Shown here one piece after another: positions 31,509 through 39,202 of a stretch of 64,000 nucleotides of DNA. Both the position numbers and the translations under genes were made by a program. Position 1 is the stretch's first letter. The number at the start of each line of letters is the position of its first letter. The stretch lies in the NCBI GenBank assembly GCA_001029755.1, contig CP011214.1, positions 129,754-193,753 of the forward strand, given 5' to 3'. This stretch comes from Candidatus Woesebacteria bacterium GW2011_GWF1_31_35 (GTDB taxonomy: Bacteria > Patescibacteriota > Microgenomatia > UBA8517). Below the pieces are notes generated by a model that had not been told where the DNA came from, ran no database searches, and saw only the letters and a program-made list of their open reading frames with translations.

Positions 31509-31784
31509 TTATTTTTTTGGTTCCTCAAATATATCAATTTTCCCAAGTTTTAAAGTTATCATTGCTTTTTTCTTTGCTACTTTTGTAACTTTCTTTCCCC
31601 TCATGGTTCTACTAACCATCTTTTTATAATTTTGAGTATTAACAGAACCTACCTTTACTTCAAAAGCTTCTTCTATTAATTTTCTTATCTGATTTTTAGC
31701 TAAAGTAGGTAATACCCAAAAACTATAAATGCCATTTTTGGCTTTCTGCATACTTTTTTCTGTAAAAATTGGTTTAATTTTCAT
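31509..31784 (-). CDS. rplW: 50S ribosomal protein L23
   Basis: L23 at the standard position. Confidence 0.85.
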   Translation of the reverse strand: MKIKPIFTEKSMQKAKNGIYSFWVLPTLAKNQIRKLIEEAFEVKVGSVNTQNYKKMVSRTMRGKKVTKVAKKKAMITLKLGKIDIFEEPKK

Positions 31785-31805
31785 AATTTTAATTTCAAGC
31801 TTCGC

Positions 31806-32468
31806 TTATTTCTTTATTTCTTTCTTTGCAATTTTTCCTACTTTAGTTTCTTTTTTTGTTTCTGTTTTAAAGATATTACTTTCTATCAAAATTAGACTTT
31901 TAGACATAACTTTAAAAGCGTTAAGACTTTCAAAATCAATAATTTCAATATCTTTGATATTTTTAAAAAATCTGGCTAGTTTCATACTTTCTTTTGATAA
32001 AACTATTAAAACTTTAGATTTAACCTCTAAAGTTTTTCTTAAAGCCAATAACATATTGTTTCCCTCTGCGGTTTTACTAATTTTTTCTAATCCTTCAATT
32101 AATATCGCTTTTTTACTTTCAAATTTATTAGAAAGTGCAGCTAAAAGAGCTTTTTTCTTCATTTTAGAAGGTAAATTCAAAACTCTTTTTACTCCTTTAG
32201 GTCCATGTGCAACACCACCACCAACAAAAATAGGTGCTGATCTTGCTCCATGTCTTGCTCCTCCAGTACCTTTTTGCTTATAAAGTTTTTTTCTGGTCCT
32301 GTTTACTTCAGATCTTGTTTGAACTTTTGCTAAACCAAAATGGGTTCCATCTTCATAGACTCTTATAGCCTGTAAAAGCAATGATTTAGAGAATTTTTCA
32401 CCATACTCCTTAGGTAGATTTACATCTTCCTTTGCTTCCCCTTTAATTGTATAAATTTTAGCTTTCAT
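31806..32468 (-). CDS. rplD: 50S ribosomal protein L4
   Basis: L4 core (GTGGARHGARS). Confidence 0.85.
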   Translation of the reverse strand: MKAKIYTIKGEAKEDVNLPKEYGEKFSKSLLLQAIRVYEDGTHFGLAKVQTRSEVNRTRKKLYKQKGTGGARHGARSAPIFVGGGVAHGPKGVKRVLNLPSKMKKKALLAALSNKFESKKAILIEGLEKISKTAEGNNMLLALRKTLEVKSKVLIVLSKESMKLARFFKNIKDIEIIDFESLNAFKVMSKSLILIESNIFKTETKKETKVGKIAKKEIKK

Positions 32469-32475
32469 ATTTTTA

Positions 32476-33207
32476 TTATTTTACTTCTGCCTCTTTAATT
32501 TCTTCTTTTTTAATTGCATCTTCTGGAGCTTCTTCAACTTCAACAACAGTTGCTACTACTTCATGTTCCAAATCTTTTAATGATCCTGATTTGATTTTGT
32601 TAACAGCCAAAAATATTCCAGCTTTTCCTGGAATTGGACTTGAAATTGAAAGTTCATTTTTTTCTGCATCAACTGAAACAACATGGAGGTTCTTCATTGT
32701 TACCTGTTCACTACCCATTCTCCCTGCCATTCTTTTTCCTTTATAAACTCTTCCTGGAGTCGTTGTCTGACCTATTGATCCTGGAGCTCTTTCCCTATCT
32801 GATTGTCCATGAGTTCTTGGTCCTCCTTTAAACCCGTGTCTTTTAACTCCACCAGCAAATCCTTTACCTTTTGTTATTGCAGTTACTGATATAACATCAC
32901 CTGCACTAAATATGTCTCCAACTTTGATAATATCTCCAACTGCAAAATTTGGTTTTTCACTTAATTTTATTTCTTTTAAATATCTTGGAGTTGAATTTGA
33001 TTTTTTGGAGTGTCCTTGAAGCGGTTTTGTGGTATTTTTAATCTTTTTAGTCCCGAATCCTAATTGAACTGCCCAGTAACCATCTTTATTAATATCTTTA
33101 ATTTGGATAACTGTACAAGGCCCTAATGTAACTTTTGTTACAGGAATTCTAAAGCCTTCTATAAAGGCTTGTGTCATTTTCCCTTTGGTTCCAAACAATG
33201 TATTCAT
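32476..33207 (-). CDS. rplC: 50S ribosomal protein L3
   Basis: MNTLFGTKGKMTQ start matches the L3 consensus. The track's TTG start at 33237 lies inside the upstream hairpin. Confidence 0.85.
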   Translation of the reverse strand: MNTLFGTKGKMTQAFIEGFRIPVTKVTLGPCTVIQIKDINKDGYWAVQLGFGTKKIKNTTKPLQGHSKKSNSTPRYLKEIKLSEKPNFAVGDIIKVGDIFSAGDVISVTAITKGKGFAGGVKRHGFKGGPRTHGQSDRERAPGSIGQTTTPGRVYKGKRMAGRMGSEQVTMKNLHVVSVDAEKNELSISSPIPGKAGIFLAVNKIKSGSLKDLEHEVVATVVEVEEAPEDAIKKEEIKEAEVK

Positions 33208-33223
33208 ATTCTTTTTACAGAAA

Positions 33224-33246
33224 CAAAAAAACGCCAAAAGAGGCGC
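33224..33246 (-). terminator. hairpin GCGCCUCUUUUGGCGU plus U7 immediately upstream of rplC (attenuator-like)
   Basis: On the minus strand: GCGCC-UCUUUU-GGCGU followed by UUUUUUGUUUCUG. Lies in a 146-nt rpsJ-rplC spacer. Confidence 0.4.
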
Positions 33247-33383
33247 TTTAATATCTTAAATCGCATCTAATAAGCTTTTGTGGTTAGATTTTAAAAACCA
33301 CCTCCATGTTTCTAGTGGTGAATTATATCAAATAACATACCTATTACGCAAGCCACACTTGTATCTAAAATAATGGATGAAGA

Positions 33384-33686
33384 TTACATCTTAATCTCAA
33401 TAGAGACTCCAGCAGGAAGATCGAGATTACCCAAAGAATCAACAGTTCTTGGAGTTGGATCTAGGATATCTATAAGTCTTTTGTGGGTTAACACTTCATA
33501 ATGTTCTTGGGCATCTTTATCTGTAAACGGGGATTCTTTAATAGCCATGACAGATCTATCTGTAGGAAGTGGAGTTGGGCCTGAAATTTTAGCACCGGAA
33601 GCAAGGGCAGTATCAATTATTTTTGTTGCTGCCTCATCAATTACTCTATGATCGTAAGCTTTAAGCTTAACTCTAAGTCGTTGCAT
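33384..33686 (-). CDS. rpsJ: 30S ribosomal protein S10
   Basis: [11 protein letters not shown]...GPTPLPT. Confidence 0.9.
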   Translation of the reverse strand: MQRLRVKLKAYDHRVIDEAATKIIDTALASGAKISGPTPLPTDRSVMAIKESPFTDKDAQEHYEVLTHKRLIDILDPTPRTVDSLGNLDLPAGVSIEIKM

Positions 33687-33729
33687 AGATTTTCTTCCTT
33701 AAGGTGCGATTTTATCCGCCAAAGGCGAA

Positions 33730-34929
33730 TTAAGCTATGATTTTGGTTATCACTCCAGCACCAACTGTGTGACCACCCTCACGAATTGCAAATCTCAATC
33801 CCTCTTCCATAGCGATAGGAGCAATAAGTTTAATTTTCATTTTTGCACTATCTCCAGGCATAACCATCTCAACACCTTCAGGCAAAGTTACATCACCAGT
33901 TATATCAGCTGTTCTTATAAAAAATTGTGGTTTATAACCTGTAAAGAATGGTGTATGTCTTCCACCTTCATCTTTACTTAAAATATAAACTTCTGCTTCA
34001 ATCTCAGTGTGTGGTGTAACTGAACCCGGTTTTGCTAAAACTTGTCCTCTTTCAACTTGTGTTTTTTCAATACCTCTTAAAAGTACTCCAACATTGTCTC
34101 CAGCCATGGCTTCATCAAGAAGTTTTCTAAACATTTCAAGACCAGTTACTGTTGATTTCAATGTATCTTTAATTCCAATTATTTCAATTTCTTCATTAAC
34201 TTTAATTTGTCCTCTTTCAACTCTTCCTGTAACGACTGTTCCACGACCTGAAATTGAGAATACATCTTCAACAGGCATTAAAAATGGTTTTTCAGTATCT
34301 CTTACTGGAGTTGGAATAAATTCATCAGCTTGTTTCATTAATTCTAATATTCCTTTTTCTGCTTCTGCATCACCCTCTAATGCTTTTAAGGCTGATACTC
34401 TAACAATTGGAGTTGTATCTCCTGGGAACTGATACTTTTTAAGAAGTTCTCTAATGTCGGATTCAACTAATTCCAAAAGTTCTGGATCATCCATTGCATC
34501 ACATTTGTTTAATGCAACAATTATAGAAGGAACATTAACCTGTCTTGCTAAAATAACGTGTTCTTTTGTTTGAGGCATAGGCCCGTCAGGTGCGGAGACT
34601 ACTAAAATTGCTCCATCCATTTGTGCAGCACCTGTAATCATATTTTTAATATAATCAGCATGTCCTGGAGCATCTATATGAGCATAGTGTCTTTTATCTG
34701 TTTCGTACTCAACATGGGAAATATTAATAGTAACTCCTCTTTGTTTTTCTTCTGGAGCTGAATCAATTTGATCAAAAGCATATGCTTTATTTACTCCACC
34801 TGGAAAATTTTTTGCAAGAACTGTAGTTATTGCTGCAGTTAAAGTTGTTTTACCATGATCGACATGACCAATGGTACCAATATTTACGTGTGGTTTAGTT
34901 CTATCAAATTTTTGTTTTGCGTCTGCCAT
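33730..34929 (-). CDS. tuf: elongation factor Tu
   Basis: [18 protein letters not shown] and NKCD, with full-length conservation. Confidence 0.95.
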   Translation of the reverse strand: MADAKQKFDRTKPHVNIGTIGHVDHGKTTLTAAITTVLAKNFPGGVNKAYAFDQIDSAPEEKQRGVTINISHVEYETDKRHYAHIDAPGHADYIKNMITGAAQMDGAILVVSAPDGPMPQTKEHVILARQVNVPSIIVALNKCDAMDDPELLELVESDIRELLKKYQFPGDTTPIVRVSALKALEGDAEAEKGILELMKQADEFIPTPVRDTEKPFLMPVEDVFSISGRGTVVTGRVERGQIKVNEEIEIIGIKDTLKSTVTGLEMFRKLLDEAMAGDNVGVLLRGIEKTQVERGQVLAKPGSVTPHTEIEAEVYILSKDEGGRHTPFFTGYKPQFFIRTADITGDVTLPEGVEMVMPGDSAKMKIKLIAPIAMEEGLRFAIREGGHTVGAGVITKIIA

Positions 34930-34958
34930 GAAATTGTTATTATAATTATTCTCGCTTC

Positions 34959-35025
34959 AAAAAACAAGAGGCATCCATTTGCCTCGTGTAGATGTATTAT
35001 ACTTAAGGCTAATTAATAGTGTCAA
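34959..35025 (-). promoter_or_regulatory. sigma70-like promoter (TTGACA-N18-TATAAT) followed by a leader hairpin GAGGCAAAUGGAUGCCUC plus U-tract, upstream of tuf
   Basis: -35 at 35020-35025, -10 at 34996-35001, hairpin 34968-34985, U-run 34959-34967. The tuf ATG is at 34929. Confidence 0.5.
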
Positions 35026-35039
35026 CACCCAATTTGTTT

Positions 35040-35246
35040 TTATATCGGGAAGTTGATACAGTTTTTAAAAAAAACTGTATCTAATATTTTTAAACCACGA
35101 CACGATGTTGACACAACTCTTGCACCATTAGGATCATCCGACCAAATAAACTTAATAATATTTTGACTAAAATAGAGATATATCAAAGAAATAATCACTA
35201 CAATAAACAAAATTAAAAAACTTAAATTATGAAATAATTTCTTCAT
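35040..35246 (-). CDS. questionable small membrane protein (68 aa)
   Basis: N-terminal TM-like segment. The 3' third overlaps nested palindromes and a promoter-like element. No SD. Confidence 0.3.
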   Translation of the reverse strand: MKKLFHNLSFLILFIVVIISLIYLYFSQNIIKFIWSDDPNGARVVSTSCRGLKILDTVFFKNCINFPI

Positions 35247-35309
35247 ACCAAAATTATAACATTAACAATTAATAATTGATTAGAAATTAAAAATTTTCCG
35301 AAAGAAAGC

Positions 35310-35323
35310 TTACCCTCTAGCCA
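35310..35323. repeat. 14-bp direct repeat TTACCCTCTAGCCA, copy 1 (copy 2 at 35836-35849 covers the fusA stop codon)
   Basis: Exact 14/14 match 526 bp apart, bracketing the plus-strand gene 35393-35797. Confidence 0.6.
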
Positions 35324-35392
35324 CCCAAATTAGCATTAATTATTGAGATATATAAATAAATGTTTATCAAAAAAATGTGTTAAAATTAGTTA

Positions 35393-35797
35393 ATGGAAAA
35401 GTCCAAACCCTTTGTTTCAATAATATTTGGAATATTTACTATACTAATAATAGTTTTAGTTCTTAATTTCATTTGGCGGTTTAAGGAGTTAAAAGCTGGT
35501 CGTATTTGGAAACCCGATTTTGAATTTAGCAATTTAGGAGAACAAGTTATGAGTGGTTCCAATTGTGAGCGATTATCAAATCTACCCGATCAAAATATAT
35601 GTTTCGTATCACAAGCTAATTTGGAAAAGAATTATAAAATTTGCGAAAAAATTATAGTATCCGATCTAGATCCAACTTCTTCATATAATAAAGGCCTCTG
35701 CTATGGCAATGTAGCAAGAACACTAAATGATGTTTCGATATGCGATAATACCTCATTATCTTATAAGAAAATTTGTATTGAAAATATGGGTAGATAG
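35393..35797 (+). CDS. small membrane-anchored Cys-rich protein (134 aa, 8 Cys in a periodic x-I-C-x pattern)
   Basis: N-terminal TM helix, then NICF / KICEKI / GLCYGN / SICDN / KICIEN repeats. Divergent orientation inside the fusA-tuf gap. Confidence 0.6.
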   Translation: MEKSKPFVSIIFGIFTILIIVLVLNFIWRFKELKAGRIWKPDFEFSNLGEQVMSGSNCERLSNLPDQNICFVSQANLEKNYKICEKIIVSDLDPTSSYNKGLCYGNVARTLNDVSICDNTSLSYKKICIENMGR

Positions 35798-35835
35798 TTA
35801 ATTTAAATTGAAGGTTTGCAGTTTTGTTTTCCTGA

Positions 35836-38004
35836 TTACCCTCTAGCCATTTCAACCTTACCAGCTTTAGCTACAATTTGAGCTGCAATATGAGCAGGAA
35901 CTTCATCATAATGGCTAGGTTCTACAAATGCTCTTGCTCTTCCTTGAGTTAATGATCTTAATTTTGTTGCATAACCTGAAAGTTCAGAAAGAGGAGCTAT
36001 TGCATAGATAACTGTTTCTCCTCCTTTTTCTTCACTGCCTGAAATTTGAGCACGTTTGCTTGAAAGATCACCCATGACATCTCCCATATATTCGGCTGGA
36101 GTAAATACCTCAACCTTCATAATAGGTTCCAATAGACCCATGTCAGCTTTTCTAATTGCATCTTCGACACCTAAAGATCCTGCAATCTTAAATGACATTT
36201 CAGAAGAATCAACATCATGGAAGCTTCCATCAAAAACAATAACTTTAAGGTCAACCATTGGAAATCCTGCCATAATTCCATTTTCAAGCTTTTCTTTAAC
36301 ACCTTTTTCAATAGCTGGAATATATTCAGAAGGAATAGCTCCACCTTTAATTTCACTTTTGAATTCAAATCCTTCGCCTCTACCTCTTGGCTCGACTCTA
36401 ATTAAACAGTGCCCATATTGTCCACGACCTCCAGTTTGTCTTATATACTTTCCTTCTCCTTCAGCAATCTTTTTAATTGTTTCTTTATAAGCTACTTGTG
36501 GTGCACCAGTTGTTGCTTCAACATTAAATTCTCTTTTCATTCTATCAACCAAAACTTCAAGTTGAAGTTCACCCATTCCTGCAATAATAGTTTGTCCTGT
36601 TTCAGGATTACTTTTGATTTTAAAGGTTGGATCCTCATCAGATAGTTTATTTAAAGCCAAACCCATTTTTTCTTGATCTGCCTTTGTTGCAGGCTCAATT
36701 GCAAGTGAGATGACAGGTTCTGGAAAACTAATCGATTCAAGATGAATGGGATGAACAGGATCACAAATTGTGTGGCCTGTGGTTGTGTCTTTAACACCAA
36801 CTACAGCTACAATTTCTCCTGACATTGCTTCTTCAATTAATTCCCTTTGATCTGCATGAAGTAAAACTAATTTTCCAATTCTTTCTGTTATTTGTTTACT
36901 AGAATTGTAAACTGTTTGTCCTTGTTTTAATGTTCCTGAATAAACTCTGACATATACTAACCTTCCTACGTGTGGATCGGTTACAACTTTAAAAGCCAAA
37001 CCTGAAAATGGAGCTTCATTTTTTCTTTCTCTTTTTTCAGTTTCACCTGTTTTAGTATTTACTCCTTCAATTGCAGGCATATCAACAGGAGATGGTAGAT
37101 ATTCTAAAACACCATTCAATAGGAGTTGTGCTTCTGCAGTTCTATTATCTCCTCCAAATACTGGGAAGAATTTTCCAGCAATAACTCCCTTTCTTATAGC
37201 TCTCTTAATTTCAATTTCAGTAGGTTCCACCCCTTCTAGATATTTAGTTAAAGTATCATCATCAAACTCAGATACTTTTTCAATCAATTCTTGTCTATAT
37301 TTTTTAGAAATTTCTAAAAGTTCTGTTGGAATTTCTTCTTCTGTTAAATTTCTATCTTCAACTGCCTTATAAGTTAAGGCTTTCATGCTTATTAAATCAA
37401 TAACTCCTCTGTGCTCATGTTCTTGACCAATTGGATAAATAACAGGAGAAGCATTAGCTCCAAGTCTTTCTCTAATTGATTTTATTGATCCATCAAAATC
37501 AGAACCAATTAAATTTAATTTATTTAAAACACAAATTCTTGGAACATTATATTTATCAGCTTGTCTCCAAACAGTTTCGGATTGAGACTCAACTCCAGTT
37601 CTTCCATCAAAAACCATTAATGCTCCATCCAAAACTCTTAAAGATCTTTCAACTTCAGCAGTAAAATCAATATGTCCCGGTGTATCAATTAAATTAATTC
37701 TATAGTGACCTTTTTCTACAGAAGAATCTTCTTTTAAATCCCAAAATGCAGTAATTGCAGCAGAAACAATTGTTATTCCTCTTTCTCTTTCTTGGGCCAT
37801 CCAATCAGTAACAGTAGTTCCCTCATCAACTGATCCTTGTTTATATGTTCTACCTGTTTCAAAAAGTAATCTTTCAGTAGTTGTAGTTTTACCTGCATCG
37901 ATATGAGCAATAATTCCAATATTTCTGATTTTTTCCAAAGAAACATCACGATCCTTAGTAATCGTCATAACCATTGCAGATTTTTTCTTTACTTCTTCAG
38001 CCAT
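35836..38004 (-). CDS. fusA: elongation factor G
   Basis: AHIDAGKTT, five-domain length. The true start may be the internal MTITKDRDVSLEK. Confidence 0.95.
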   Translation of the reverse strand: MAEEVKKKSAMVMTITKDRDVSLEKIRNIGIIAHIDAGKTTTTERLLFETGRTYKQGSVDEGTTVTDWMAQERERGITIVSAAITAFWDLKEDSSVEKGHYRINLIDTPGHIDFTAEVERSLRVLDGALMVFDGRTGVESQSETVWRQADKYNVPRICVLNKLNLIGSDFDGSIKSIRERLGANASPVIYPIGQEHEHRGVIDLISMKALTYKAVEDRNLTEEEIPTELLEISKKYRQELIEKVSEFDDDTLTKYLEGVEPTEIEIKRAIRKGVIAGKFFPVFGGDNRTAEAQLLLNGVLEYLPSPVDMPAIEGVNTKTGETEKRERKNEAPFSGLAFKVVTDPHVGRLVYVRVYSGTLKQGQTVYNSSKQITERIGKLVLLHADQRELIEEAMSGEIVAVVGVKDTTTGHTICDPVHPIHLESISFPEPVISLAIEPATKADQEKMGLALNKLSDEDPTFKIKSNPETGQTIIAGMGELQLEVLVDRMKREFNVEATTGAPQVAYKETIKKIAEGEGKYIRQTGGRGQYGHCLIRVEPRGRGEGFEFKSEIKGGAIPSEYIPAIEKGVKEKLENGIMAGFPMVDLKVIVFDGSFHDVDSSEMSFKIAGSLGVEDAIRKADMGLLEPIMKVEVFTPAEYMGDVMGDLSSKRAQISGSEEKGGETVIYAIAPLSELSGYATKLRSLTQGRARAFVEPSHYDEVPAHIAAQIVAKAGKVEMARG

Positions 38005-38008
38005 ATTT

Positions 38009-38284
38009 TTATCTTCTTCTTCCTAAACTCATTTCCCTTCCCTCTGCCTCTCTTCTTAATCTACGTCTCAATTCTGCTTCAGCTGCCAATCCAATTTCTG
38101 TTAATTTAGAATGTCTATCTAATAGTTCTGATGTTAATTTTAAATGATGTGATTCAAAAAATTCTGATTCTTTTGAAACAGCATTTTTTAGTCGAACATT
38201 AATCATTTGCCTATCATACGCTAAAGATCTTAATTCAACGAGGCTTGTTTGCCCAAAAAATGTTCTTCTTCTAATAGGTGACAT
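38009..38284 (-). CDS. hypothetical Arg-rich small protein (91 aa) inserted between rpsG and fusA
   Basis: 276-nt ORF filling an unusually long rpsG-fusA gap. Stop lies 4 nt before the fusA ATG. C-terminus LRRRLRREAEGREMSLGRRR. Confidence 0.45.
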   Translation of the reverse strand: MSPIRRRTFFGQTSLVELRSLAYDRQMINVRLKNAVSKESEFFESHHLKLTSELLDRHSKLTEIGLAAEAELRRRLRREAEGREMSLGRRR

Positions 38285-38293
38285 TTCAAAAAA

Positions 38294-38773
38294 TTACCAC
38301 TTAAAGTGTGAAAATGCACGATTTGCATCGGCCTGTTTTTCCATTTCCATTCTTTTCTTTACTGCTCCACCTTCACTGTTACTTGCATCTATTAATTCCT
38401 GTGCAATTTTATCTCCATATGTATGAAATTCTGAATTAGATCTTGCTCTTGCTGCTGCTACTAACCACCTAATTGCTAATGATTCTTTTCTTTCCTCTCT
38501 TACTTGCATAGGAACCTGATAAGCTGCTCCACCAACTCTTTTAGCCCTAACTTCCATTTCAGGCTTTATATTTTCAATTGCTTTTTCAAATATTTTAATT
38601 GGATCTTCTTTTGTTTTTTCAGCAATTATTTTTAAACCATTATAAATTTCTCTTTGTGAAACACTCTTTTTGCCATCATGCATACTCCTATTAATAAATT
38701 TTGCTAATAATCTACTTTGATAAAGTGGATCAACTTCGACTAATCTTTTTCTTGATGGTCCTTTTCTTGGCAT
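38294..38773 (-). CDS. rpsG: 30S ribosomal protein S7
   Basis: S7 core (ends ...FSHFKW). Confidence 0.9.
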   Translation of the reverse strand: MPRKGPSRKRLVEVDPLYQSRLLAKFINRSMHDGKKSVSQREIYNGLKIIAEKTKEDPIKIFEKAIENIKPEMEVRAKRVGGAAYQVPMQVREERKESLAIRWLVAAARARSNSEFHTYGDKIAQELIDASNSEGGAVKKRMEMEKQADANRAFSHFKW

Positions 38774-39195
38774 TATTTAGTTCCTCCTTGGCTTTTTTTA
38801 ACTCCATACCTACTTCTTGATGTTTTTCTTCCAGAAACTCCAGTTGTATCTAACTTTCCTCTAACAATTGTGTATTTTACACCAGCTAAATCCTTTACTC
38901 TTCCGCCTCTTACTAAAACTACAGAGTGTTCTGCAAGTTCATGTCCTTCTCCAGGAATATAAACTGTAACTTCTTGTTTATTTGAAAGTCTGACTCTTGC
39001 AACTTTACGAAGAGCTGAATTAGGTTTTCTTGGAGTCATTGTTCTAACTGTTAAAACAACTCCTCTTTTAAATGGAGATGAATTATCCCCAAACTTTCTA
39101 TCTTTAGCATTAAACCAGCGCTTCAAAGAAGTAGTTTTTGACTTCTTCTTTAAAGATTTTCTTCCATGTCTTACCAATTGATTTGCTGTAGGCAT
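38773..39195 (-). CDS. rpsL: 30S ribosomal protein S12 with ~14-aa N-proximal insertion
   Basis: PNSALRKV, the GGRVKDLPGV-like motif and C-terminal YGVKK. Has an extra [17 protein letters not shown] segment. Confidence 0.9.
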   Translation of the reverse strand: MPTANQLVRHGRKSLKKKSKTTSLKRWFNAKDRKFGDNSSPFKRGVVLTVRTMTPRKPNSALRKVARVRLSNKQEVTVYIPGEGHELAEHSVVLVRGGRVKDLAGVKYTIVRGKLDTTGVSGRKTSRSRYGVKKSQGGTK

Positions 39196-39202
39196 AATAT
39201 AT

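Noticed and set aside
31729-32283. 184-aa plus-strand hydrophobic ORF
   Set aside because: It is the antisense of rplW/rplD. The AT-rich antisense frame gives a Phe/Ile/Leu-rich artefact.
33207-33237. TTG-initiated N-terminal extension of rplC (MAFFCFCKKN...)
   Set aside because: The extension would start inside the terminator-like hairpin. The ATG at 33207 gives the canonical L3 N-terminus.
36056-36645. Several plus-strand and minus-strand ORFs inside fusA
   Set aside because: They are alternative frames of a conserved gene. The same applies to the short ORFs inside rpoB, rpoC, tuf, pnp, alaS and ftsK in the track.
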